A DNA stretch of 62,649 bases, filler included, from Dugesia japonica (Eukaryota), in assembly GCA_001938525.1 (NCBI GenBank). It is 6 parts of 6 records of this genome, joined end to end, with 100 filler letters (N's around TTAATTAATTAA, not from the genome) between each part and the next. Parts side by side here need not be neighbours in the genome. Positions count along the whole stretch, not along the records: positions 32,925 to 42,100 come from MQRL01648527.1; positions 42,201 to 53,771 come from MQRL01642130.1; 4 more parts are not named here. One strand, given 5' to 3'. Numbering within the stretch: the stretch's first letter is position 1; every line of letters starts with the position of its first letter. Below the pieces are notes generated by a model. It had not been told where the DNA came from and ran no database searches. It saw nothing but the letters and a program-made list of their open reading frames with translations. Shown here piece by piece: positions 37,646-49,700 of the stretch. The position numbers were made by a program, and so were the translations under genes.

Positions 37646-38230
37646 ATTTGTATTCAATATCATCATAATTTTACTGTTATAATCATTTTTGTTAATGATA
37701 GTTAAGCTACTGCCTTTATCAAATGTGCAAATGCTCAAATCTTTCTTTTTTAATCGTATCTATATTTTTTCATCTTTAAAATTAAGTCTTTTATTCTTGT
37801 TAATAAATTTAATAACAGAGGATTGAATATTAAACTTATTATTCAGATAATTCTGTTAGTTTAAACTATCTGAAAGGAGCAATTTAGAAAATACCGATTC
37901 AATTTGAGCCTTGAAATTAAGTTCATCTATTTTATAGTTAATACAATGTGATGGGCCAAGTTTTTGGAGATCAGATTCATCATGAGTTAAAGTTTGAAAG
38001 TTATAGTTTGAATGATTTATTATTGTATTTTGAATATTAATATCAGAAATATCAAACATTAATTTAAGTTTAGCAAGTTCTAGATAATTTTACACTTTTA
38101 AATAATCTTATTACATGAAGGATACATAAACGAAACAAGTCATTATCAATTCAAGTAAACAAAACAGCTTACTGATTAAAATCTTCCTAACACGTCTTTC
38201 AGCTTCTATAGTTTGCAATGGTAATAAAAT
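37646..38230 (-). mobile_element. Penelope-like element ORF, N-terminal RT region, split by the Gypsy insertion
   Basis: INHSNYNFQTLTHDESDLQKLGPSHC...FKAQIE followed by ICTFDKGSSLTIINKNDY.SKIM.IL, the DKG motif characteristic of PLE reverse transcriptases. Confidence 0.8.
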
Positions 38231-39534
38231 GTTTTTGAAGATTGCGTTTTTCATTGTGTGTGTGCGTTTCATTATGTGTGTGTGCGCGCGTGTGTAAAGT
38301 AACTATTATATCATTGATTCACAAATTTTTGCATGCATGATTTCAAATCGTGGCATTGATTTAAACTGATTATGCAACTGTGGTGCAGCACTGTCTTAGA
38401 TTTTTTCATAATGATACTAATCATTTGAAATATGCATTTGTGTTAATTAATAAGTAAAATATTTAATAATTTATATGTATTTGATAGTTGTTCAAAAATA
38501 GGTAAATAATCGTTAAATAAGATTAATATTCACAATGATAATAATAATAGTAATGATATATTATGTATCATAACAGTTGATTAATATTTTATGTAATGTC
38601 AAGTTCCATGAAGGTAATTAATGCCATGCTTATTATGTGTGTAATGCTTATATAATAGAGAAAACTTTATTCTCAGCTGGTCTGGTGTGTACCTATTTCT
38701 CTACTGTACAATAAATATAGTAGCCGGTAACACCGATAGCTGTTTCTTGGAAGTAAATTAAATTAAGTTAGAAATGTTATCAAGGTTAATGGTACGAGAT
38801 AATTTGTTATATCAAATTATAATAGAAATCCCCCACTTCATAGTACTAATTTAAAATTTAAATAGTAACAAAATTTAAATTAACCAAACCTTCTAAAAAT
38901 ATCAAGCGTGGCAGTGAAAAGTTGTTGATGATCAAAGAATGAAAAGAATGAAATGCTTTGTTCTCGGAACACTGAAACAATAAAAAATAATAAAAAAATT
39001 TATTGCTTGCATTAATGTGTGAAAATTCATATTTATAAAACATTTTAATAATAAAAAATAAAAAGTATGAAACTTTATCTTTTTTTTATTCTTTGCATTT
39101 AGTTGTAAAAATTCACACCTAAAAAATGATAATAAAAATATTGTTTGAAATTTTAAAAGCCAAATAAAATCATTGTTTCAAGTCAGGTATGAAAATAATA
39201 ATAATTTCATGTATTAATGCTCAGTGTATAACGCGTTAAACAAAAAAAGCAATACAAAAAAACAATTGTTTACAATAAACTATAAAATTTAAATAATAAA
39301 AAATAATATTAATAAAATAAAATAATTTTTTGAGGTAAAATAAAAGGTGTGGAAATTCACACCTCGGGTATCAGTAAGGTGTGAAAGTTTCAATATTTAA
39401 ATGTCACAACCATACACCAATAAGTTAAAACAAATAGTAGAATATTAAAATCAAAAATCAAAATTATTTTTCTAAGATTAAACAGTTTTCAAAACTAAAT
39501 TTCTAAATCGAACTTATTTTCAAAAATATCATTT

Positions 39535-40447
39535 TCAACATTTGCCACTTTTATAATTTGTAATATTTTCACAAATATTTCCCCTCACTAAGAAATCACT
39601 TCTTTCAGAACCTGTTGTAATACACAAACCATATAAATTGACCAATTTTTGAATATCTGGCAAAATTGGATTCGCCCAAAATGTTCCTGAAACAATAAAA
39701 TGCCAATTATCAATATTTGGTTGGCTCAACAAATCTGTCAAATTAAATATTGAATCTTGTTCTATCCCAAATACTTGATTTCTATAATTAGTAAAATTAA
39801 CATAATTAGCCATTGAATGATAACAATCCTTTGGATCAGAACAATTTCCATTTGTAAAATATTTCAACATATTCGTTATCAATCGATAATTAATTAATTT
39901 AGATTGAATTATATTTTTATAAAAACTAATTTTTGGATACAAAATTAATTTACTATTTCCAAATGTTCCCAATGCCATTATTACATTATTTGAGTTTCCA
40001 ACTAGTAAAGGACCAGCTGCATTAGAATCATTAATATTGAATATTGATGGGTACCCGCCATCATATATATAATTAACTCCATTCAATATTTTATATCTGA
40101 ATCCAATATTATCACTTTCATACTGAAATTAGAATATAAATCAATNAATATATTTATTAANTAAAATCTATTACTAAATTATTGTATCGATCATTGATGA
40201 AAACCGTATTGTTTGTGCAATTAGTATTTGATTGACAAATCTCAGAATATTTGTACAAAATACAATTTTTTGCTATCGAATTAAATTTGAATGCTTTGCA
40301 ATCTCTCAAACTACATTCTATTCCACATTTGATATTAGAATTCGCATTTACTGTTGTCATATTATTGAAAATACATGAATCCACAGATTCATAAATATCG
40401 CAATTTACAACACTAATTATCAATATGTAAATTATAAAATGAAACAT
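39535..40447 (-). CDS. Secreted protein of about 286 aa: signal peptide, PAN/apple-like domain, and a domain resembling the TCAF/FAM115 N-terminal region; exons 40447-40175 and 40122-39535
   Basis: A phase-0 52-nt GTAAT...TTTCAG intron joins the two ORFs in frame; hydrophobic leader MFHFIIYILIISVVNC; CGIECSLRDCKAFKFN....CILY PAN pattern. Confidence 0.75.
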
Positions 40448-41493
40448 GATTATATCTAAATAATAACATAAATGATAAATAATTTCAATTATATATCGAA
40501 ATTTTTATCGTATTTCTTTTGAATTTTTTAATGAATCCGCAAATATCTTTACATTCATTTCATAAATATAAAAGAAAATTTCAATAAACATCGTTTTAAC
40601 ACTACTTTTATTGAAATTTGTGAAAATTGTATTTTATATTGTTAGAATTTGGATTGTTTCAAATACAATTTGACGTGGTATTATTATATTTAGTTTTTTT
40701 TAACTTTTTAAGTGTATTTATGTTGGATTAGATAAAGGAATCTTCAGATGTCGTAACGATGAAATGCAAATCTAGGACAATTAAAATTTATGATTTATGC
40801 AACTTTTAGAAATTAATATTACTTTTCTATTTTAAATTAAGAAAATTAATAATAATAATAATAATAATAATAAAAATAATAATAATAAGAATAATGATAT
40901 TAATAATAATAATATTAATATTAATAATAATTGTTGGGCTAGAACACAACGGTCCAGGGAAAATCTTAAACGATTTAAATGATGAAAATTACAAAAGAAA
41001 GAATAAAACGGAAAGTTGTGGAAGTTACTGAAAAGACAAAATAATAATATAAGAAATCGGCCGAAAATTTATTAAAACATAAACAACGAGGTGCTGGACC
41101 AGATAATATAATTATTATTATCATTATTATTATGTAATTATTATTACAATAATTATTATGAGAATATTATAAAAATAGAGAACAGGAAAATTGGACATAG
41201 AGAACCCAAATTTAGAGGTGTGGAAATAAATTTTAGATATATAAGAATGAAATGATGAATTAAATAATATAAAATATTATAATAATATATTAAAGGAGTA
41301 TTTACGACCCATTTTAGTAACGCTAATTAGTGTTTAATATTATTATTATATCTTAATTAATCACGCCATTCTGGTTCAATCACTGTCTGATTAAAATTGA
41401 TACACTAAACGAATTTCAATTTCAAACAAAATGTTTACTATGCATTTGAAAAAGAGTTGAAAAGTAATAGCCGCTGTGCACAAAACGATAAAC

Positions 41494-41554
41494 CTAGAAC
41501 TGGCATGAACTAGAGGAATCCGACTGTCCAATTAGAACAAAGCGTTTTGATGGT
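41494..41554 (+). pseudogene. Short diverged 28S rRNA fragment
   Basis: AGAACTGGCATGAACTAGAGGAATCCGACTGTCCAATTAGAACAAAGC matches conserved LSU AGAACTGG...GGGAATCCGACTGTTTAATTAAAACAAAGC with several substitutions. Confidence 0.8.
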
Positions 41555-42100
41555 GAACATCAGTAGGTAGATATGAGCGTACCAAACCGTAGCCCATCGA
41601 TGGGGTGGGAGTACCCCCCCCCATGAGCCCACCCTCCGGCAATTTTTAATTTTGTGATGAGTCATACTTTTTTCTCGAAATTTTTATGTCAGAACAAAGA
41701 CCATACCCCCCTCACGGAAACACATAACTTTAAAAAAAATTTTTTTTTGTTTCAATAAATTTTTTTTTTGTTTAAATAAAAATTTTTTTTTGTTTAAATA
41801 AAAAAAATTTTTTTGTTTGTTTATATTAATTTTTTTTTTTAGACAAAGATTTTTTTTTGGTTGGACTTTTATGCAATTTTTAAAATATTTCACTGATTTC
41901 TGTAATTTATAAAAAAATTTTTGAAGACTTCTATGTAAGTTATTAAATATTTCACGACTTCTATGTAATTTTTTAAAAATTGGAATGAGTTCTATGTAAT
42001 TTTGATAATATTTTAACTATCATCTTATTAATACAATTGAAATATCTATGTAAGATAATACACAAAAGACAATTATGAGAAAAATTTATTTAAATCACAC

Positions 42101-42200
42101 NNNNNNNNNNNNNNNNNNNNNNNNNNNNNNNNNNNNNNNNNNNNTTAATTAATTAANNNNNNNNNNNNNNNNNNNNNNNNNNNNNNNNNNNNNNNNNNNN
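42101..42200. other. Artificial contig-joining spacer
   Basis: 44N + TTAATTAATTAA + 44N. Confidence 0.95.
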
Positions 42201-42994
42201 AATGACAATGATTAACAGTATTTCAAAAATATTAACATATTAACAATATGAGTAATCAAAAATCCTAATAATAACAATCAATATTTTCCATTAAATGGCG
42301 GCATGGAAATATAAAATATTAAATTCAATTGTTTAAATGAAATAAAATTTTAAAAGCAATCTAGTAGACATGAATTACATTTTTAATTTATTTAACTTCG
42401 GTTATTCGTTTGTTGAAAAAAATTAAACAAATTAAACAAAAAATTAAATTTTCTGGTTATTTCAAAAAAAAAAAAAATACAGACAGAAAATGAAATTCTA
42501 TTCAGCAACAAAAATTGAAAAATCAATTATTTATTATAAAATTAAATTTTTGTATATTTTTTTTGTTAAAAAGAAAACAACTATTTTTAATTGAATTTCG
42601 ATTTTCAAATTGAATTTCCTTTATACAGATGAAGTTCCGTTTATAAATTATTTTTGATAATAATAGTAAATAAAAATATCCAAGGTCAATAATTTTTTTA
42701 TGTATAATGTTATAAATAATGACTATTTAAATAAGTATTTGTTTGATATTTATCAATAAACATTTCCTTCATCTTTATTTAGTAAAATTTAACAATAAAC
42801 TTTTTGTGAAAAAGTAATTTTGAAAAATATTTTAATCATTTACATTTAATGGAATTGAAATATTAATTTTATTTGGTTGTTAATAATAGTTTTAAAATAT
42901 AATATTAGGTATTAAGTTGTGTACATGTTTTTAACTTTAAAAATGCATGCAGATTTTATTATTATATTCAAAATTTTAAAAAACAACAGTCATA

Positions 42995-43617
42995 AAGAAA
43001 TGTTTCTTTACCGCATCATTACTAGTGATGAAACACGGTGCCTTAATGTTAATATGAATCAACGAAAAGAATGGGTGGAAAAGTAACACTCAGAGTAAAA
43101 CAAGATTTGCAACCACGCATGACGATGATTTGTGTCTGGAGGAGTTGACAATGCTTCATCCATTACGAAATACTTGAATGCAACCAGAGTCAACGATGAC
43201 CTATAGTTTCTCCGAATGCAAGCTCAATACGGAAATTCAACATAAAATACAGAATCAAAATATGGTGTTCTCCTACAACATGCTAATGCCAGCCCTCATA
43301 TTCAAGAGTTTGGTTTGTAAGTCTTGCCGCAACATCTATATTTTCCAGAACTTGTGTCGTCAGATTCCCATCTTTTCAGGTTGCTTTCGAACAAATTATG
43401 AAAAGTTGACTTTAATCATCGAATTATGGACATAGTTGGACAAATTTTTCGTTTTAAAACCGATTATTGCAGAGGCATCCAGGAACTTTTAGAACGTTAG
43501 GAACAAGTTTTAAATAAAGAAGGAGAATATTTTATTAAATAATTTGTTATATCTTTTTTATAATTATGTTCATATTATTTCGAAAAAAAACGGACACAAC
43601 GTATGTTAACATTTAAT
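42995..43617 (+). mobile_element. Degenerate mariner transposase 3' half with right end
   Basis: FLYRIITSDET...KQDLQPRMTMICVW...IHYEILE...LLQHANASPH; mariner-like terminal AAAAAAACGGACACAACG. Confidence 0.85.
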
Positions 43618-45936
43618 GGTTTTTTACTCTACATATTGTGATGGTAATATTTCGCTATTGTTATTTAATTTCCATAATTAATAAATTATAGAATAAATAA
43701 CGATTATAAATAAAAATAACAAAAAATTAAAATAATAAAATTAATTATCTTAATTAAACGAAATTTATTTTTATTTAGCTAATAAAAATTTACGTTAAGT
43801 TATAAATATTTTTAAGAAAANNNNNNNNNNNNNNNNNNNNNNNNNNNNNNNNNNNNAAAAATAATTTCTTAGGGTTTTCAAATTTTCAAGACATACTAAA
43901 GTATAAAAGTAATAACATAAAAAATGACATAATAACATAATAATAAAACAATAAAGTAAATAAAATTAATTATAGAAAATAGAGCAACGATAAAGGTAAA
44001 TTATAATTTTTTGTAAAATTCGGAATAAAATGTCTAATGGAAAAAATTACTAAGATTTATTTCACTTCTATAATCTATGTTTTAATTTTGAATTATAATA
44101 ATATTGTTATTGGCACAAAATAAAATTCTAAATATATTTTAAAAATGAAATTAGTGTTACACATAACGCATAAATTAAAAATAAAAACGTTTCTTAAACA
44201 TTAAATTATTAATTTTTTAAATATAATATTTAATTTAATATTTAAATTTAATATAGAAGCGAGTTAAAATTTTTTGTGCTCTCATTGGATATTGTGTTTT
44301 AAAAAATATTTTAAAAAAAAATTCAAAATCATAAATTAATTAGGAAATTAAAACAAAAAAAATTTTGAAAATGTCAATTTTGTTTTGAAGTTCAGAAGAT
44401 TTTAAAATGATAAAATTAATAACAAGTGATTTTGTTTTGCAAATTTTATGAAAGTTTTTATGAAAATTTTAAAAGATATATTATTACAAATGATATTTTT
44501 TTGTTTTGAAATTTAATGAAATTTTTTTAAACAAATAATCATTATTTTTTGTTTTAAAATTTTCTAAAAATTTTTAAATTTTGTTAATACAAATGATCAT
44601 TTTTTGTTTTAAAATTTTTTAAAAATTTTTAAATGTGTTTTTAAAAAAATTAAAAATAAATAAAAATTTTTAAATGTGTTTTTAAAAAAATTATTATTTT
44701 CTGTAAAATTATCAAATTAATTTTAATCAAGTTTTAAATCTAAATTTTTAAATTTTTGAAAAATAATTTCCGATTAGAGCATAAAGTTTTAATTTTGCTT
44801 CAACTTTCATGTCTTTCCAGTGTATAATTGTTTTAAATATATCTTCTACTTTTTATATTTTTTCGTGATTTGATCTTATGTTTTATCTTTTTGTCATTGC
44901 AACTATTCATAATTAGCCATTTTGTTAAGCCATCTTTGTTTAATTTATGAGCCAATAACTTCTCTACGATTCCTTCTACTAAAATCTTCTTTTTATAGAT
45001 ACTAACATGCTCTCCGTTCCTTCGATAATTTAAAGCTTTCTACATATCCTTAAGCTGTTGAAAGAAAACCTTTCTGAATCTTCAAATTCCAATGCTTCGT
45101 CTTCATTTACATAAATTTCTCGTAGTTCTTTATCTATGAAAGCAAATACAAACAAACTCATATGACCTTTCTTTATTTTGCTAGATCAAAATATTTGGTT
45201 GTCTTCAGAAAAAATTTTGAAAATTCAAGGGTGATTTGTTTCCTTAAGCAAATCCAATGATGCGTTGGTTGCCATAATAGTTAAATTGAGAACTTCACAA
45301 CATTTTATAATTTTTCTTCACTATCAGCGTCGTTTTATTAAAGTTAAAAAGATGTAAAACAAATAATCCATATCTGCTAATATAAAATATATATTTAAAA
45401 ATTTCAGTTGTCTTTTAAACAAAAAAATACACATACGATATTTCAAAATAATTTTTTCAATTAATTTTTTACTACTTTCAAAAATCAGTAATATTTTTCT
45501 TACTATAAATATTTCAAAAAATATTATTACTTAAATTTAAAATATATTATTTAAAATAATTTTTATGCAATAAAATATAAAAAAAAATTATTTAAACCAA
45601 ATGAAATTTACAAAAAACTTGTGTCATTTCTATAAAATTGATTTATTTCTCATTAATTCACCAGAAAAATTCTGATATTATTTTTCTTTAAATAATTTTT
45701 TTTATTTGAAATATCGTGATATAGTGAATCAATGTTTGATATCCTGGCTTAATATTTTATTTTTGTATTATTTATTTATTTTATTTTTACGGTATAAATC
45801 TGTATTTTAATATTTTTTATATTTGATAATTACAATTATTGCGAGAATAATTGTTGGACTTAACCATTGATCGTCTTTGAGATTTCATTAAAATAAAGAA
45901 AAAGCATCGATCAAAATAAAATGTATTTGTATAGAA

Positions 45937-45970
45937 ATTCAAATTTTCGACACTTGTCTTCTTCAGGAAT
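45937..45970 (-). ncRNA. Minimal type I hammerhead ribozyme
   Basis: Minus strand ATTC-CTGAAGA-A-GAC AAGT GTC-GAA-AATT-T-GAAT. Confidence 0.78.
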
Positions 45971-45971
45971 A

Positions 45972-46041
45972 TGATGACTTTTTGATAGATTCAAAACGGT
46001 AAAAGATCTTTTACCGTTTTGAATCTATCAAAAAGTCATCA
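45972..46041. repeat. Perfect 70-bp palindrome (35-bp arms, no spacer)
   Basis: TGATGACTTTTTGATAGATTCAAAACGGTAAAAGA|TCTTTTACCGTTTTGAATCTATCAAAAAGTCATCA, checked base by base. Confidence 0.97.
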
Positions 46042-46227
46042 AATTTTATTGGTTTATTTAAATTAAAAAATTTTTTATTTTAAATTAAATCTCAAAAAAA
46101 CCTTTTTAATTAAATTGAATTGAAAATCTCTCAAATGTTTAAAAAAATATATATATCAAAACATTAAAACATTAAAATATTAAAATAAAAAATTTTTCTG
46201 ACAAACATTCAATTCAAAAGTCATCAT

Positions 46228-46263
46228 ATTCCTGAAGAAGACAAGTGTGTCGAAAATTTGAAT
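46228..46263 (+). ncRNA. Minimal type I hammerhead ribozyme (inverted partner of 45937-45970)
   Basis: ATTC-CTGAAGA-A-GAC AAGTGT GTC-GAA-AATT-T-GAAT, inside a ~100-bp inverted repeat (about 45885-45985 / 46216-46318). Confidence 0.78.
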
Positions 46264-47200
46264 TTCTTTACAAATACATTTTATTTTGATCGAAGCTTTT
46301 CTTCATTGTAATGAAATTTTCTTATATTATCTTATAATTTTCATTTTTTTATTATTTATATTTTATTTAATAAAAATTTCATTATAAGTTATAATTATTT
46401 GATTATTACTTTATTTGTTAATAATTATTTTAATTACTTTATTTATTAATAATTATTTTAATTACTTAACTTTTATACTAAAATCTTTTCTATTTTTTTA
46501 TGATGTTTTTTTGTCTAATAACCTTTTTTTCAATTTATTAAAGAGAGATTTTTGTAAAATAAAATTTGAAATAAAATTTTATTAAACATTTATATATGGT
46601 GTTTACTAAATAAATATCTGAAAAATACAATCAATACAAAGCTTTAATGCACAGAATTACCCTTTATTATTTTTAATAATAATTTGTTTAATCAACTTTG
46701 AAGTGATAGCACAAATGTTTTAAACATTATAATCACTTAATTAATTTTTTTATATATACTTGCGAGTTAATTGTTTCTAAGGAACACCGATTTTACCAGA
46801 TTTTGGGATTTTCAACTGTTGAATTTTGATTGAATAACATTTTTTCATGTTTGTTCAACAGGGAGATTATCTCTGTATCGTTAAATAATTCAATAAACTG
46901 AATAAATTGAATACCTTTGTTCAGGAAATGTTTGATGATAACAGATTTTGGTCTAAAGTGAAGTATTTTGTATATACGTTTTTGAAAATGCTCACTTTCT
47001 CCAAATTTTTTATAGCGCTAAAATATGAAAACTATAGTTACAGAACATTGTTTTCCAATATTATTCAAAAAGATTGATTATATTAGTTAATTATTTATTT
47101 ACAATTACAATTATTCCGAGAATAATTGTTGGACATAACCATTGATCGTTTTTTAGAATTCATTTAAAGTAAAAGCTTTTTTTATTGTTTTTTGAGATTG

Positions 47201-47233
47201 ATTCGATATTTCGACTTTGTCTTCTTTAGGAAT
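47201..47233 (-). ncRNA. Hammerhead relic (core G5 mutated)
   Basis: Minus strand ATTC-CTAAAGA-A-GAC AAA GTC-GAA-ATAT-C-GAAT; same downstream motif as the other copies. Confidence 0.65.
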
Positions 47234-49569
47234 TAACTTTTTTAATCATTTATTTATTTAATTAAAAGAGATTCTAGATTTTATTTTAAATATAAATGAA
47301 ATGCCATGTTTTACAAATTTTTCTAATTACTTTATGTGTATTGATAGTATTTTTCAGAGTACACCTTTTGTGTAACCACCATATATAAATCTTCAATATA
47401 TTTCTATTGTGAATCCTGCTGATCTATTGAAAATAGGCTTATTACAAAAAATCATAATAAAATGGAAAAGGTTTTAGTAAAAATATTAAGTTTATATTGT
47501 TTTTTTAAAATATGAAATCAATTTTCCCCATTTGTTTGAAAACAAGAATTATTTTTTAATTAACTAGTAAAATAATTTCTATTTTTCAGAGTTTAATCTC
47601 TGAAATTTTTTTATGCTTTTGATTTGTAAAATAGAAAATTGAATAACCTGGTAATATTGACAACAATTCGTTTTTAATAGAAATACCGATTTAAATTTAT
47701 TAAAATTCTAATTATACTATTTCAAATTTTATAAATATTAATTTTATAAAGACAATTTTTAAAAATAGATTTTTCTTTTAAAAAAATTATTTCCAAAAAT
47801 TGTACTTTCAAATTAAATGATTAAAACCTATTATAAAAACAAAAAATAATTAATTTAATTTGATTATTTATTTTTATTAAACAAACTTGCTATTTAAAAT
47901 ACGCATAAAGAAAATTTATTTCTAGGTATTGTTTTCAATTTATTTTGCTTTCTAACAAACTTTTCCATTTCAAATTGAATTTTATTTGTCTAATCTTAAT
48001 AAAAAAAACGTCTCGTATTTTGCAGTTAATACTTTTAAATTTTCTTGAAAAACAGCTATGTTTGAATAATTAATAAGATTTTTTTTATAATGCAGAGAAT
48101 AATGATAAAGTTGATATTCTTTGTTTTTCATGTTAATTATATTCATATTTTAATTTGATTTATAAACAGTCACAAGACATTTGTAAAAATAGTTTTCTTT
48201 CTAATCTAATCTCTCTTTTTCTTTCTCTCTCTCTATTATACTTTCATTTTAATTTAGTTTTTACGAGGCTTTTTTTATTTAAATGTAAATTTTGAATTTG
48301 AATTTTATACAGAAGAATTATTATTCTAGAAATGAAATCATTAAAAAATTTCAAAAGGAATTCGTTATGAGAATTTGAAATATTCTTTGTAAATAATTTA
48401 CTGATTTTTTAAAATTAATATTTTTATGATTAAGTTTTCATTTTTTATTATAATATATTTTTAATACCTTAAGAAATACGACATAAGAAATAAGAAAGAA
48501 ATATTTTGTTAGTGAGCTCATTTATTCTCAAACGAAGTATTCAAAAAGGTCAGTTAGCACTGTTATTAGGGTGATCATATTTAGTCTTAAGAATGATAAA
48601 ACCAAGACAAAATCGGAACTATGCTTATAAAGTTTGAGTTTTTATAAAAATTGAACGTATTAACGGTATGAGAGATATCCGAATTTAAAATGAGGAATTG
48701 AATTTGGATTTGTATAATTTAATTAAATTAAACAAGTAATCTCATTATAGTAGAATTTAGTTTAATACATAACAATACCACAATGACATTTATGATTTAA
48801 AGACAGCAACAACAACTTTTCTTTTTAACCAAATGATAAAACACTCAAAAAACTTCGAAAAAATAAAGAAGAAATATATATGCGCGCCTAGAAGGAAATT
48901 TCTCACTTACCTCGTTCAATGATTCTCTCTCAATTTGGTAGAATGTACGGGTGCCAATTTAATATAATTTTGATTTTAAGCTGCAAATATAAAATGTATC
49001 TACCTATATTAATTAAAATTTGGCAACCTAGGGAGATGCAACAACTGTTCCTTCAAAAACAAATCGTATGACAGCGCTAACTATTGTTAACGTTTTGTAA
49101 ATTTTACAGGATAAAAGACCCTAAATAAAAATGAATGAAATAAAAAATTTTAAATTTATTTCTAAAATTAAAAAAAAAATTTCTAAACATATTTAATTAT
49201 AAAAGTAAAATTATTATTATTTTCTTTGTAAAATTTCTGTTGAAAAATAATATTAATTAANTTTTCGGTATAAATATTTTTAGTTTTTAATTTCAATAGT
49301 TTCATTTATATAGTGGTCTTTCAAATAAAGATGAAGTCTGATTGTTTTTAAAAATAACATTTTTTACATGTCCTTAAGATCAGAATTTTTGAAAAATTAC
49401 TATAATATTTAATGTTGTACTTTCACACTTATATATTTACGTAATAACAACAATTAAATAAATAATTATTCTTTTCTATTTCTGAAATCTTCAAATTCAA
49501 ATGGTCGACCAAAGAGGGAAATTTTGTTAAGTTCGCAATTACCATTTTTAAAATTATCATACCAACCTT

Positions 49570-49700
49570 TTTCGGTTTTATAATATCCATACACGGCACA
49601 AATGTCTCATTCCGCTTTCGTAGCTTTTTTGGCAACGAAAAAAAAGACAAAGTAAAGTAATTGTCAAAAAAGAACTTTTTATCGCTTGAACAATAAAGTT
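49570..49700 (-). mobile_element. Possible piggyBac-like transposase remnant
   Basis: Only KFFFDNYFT (second catalytic Asp pattern) and VPCMDIIK are recognisable. Confidence 0.35.
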
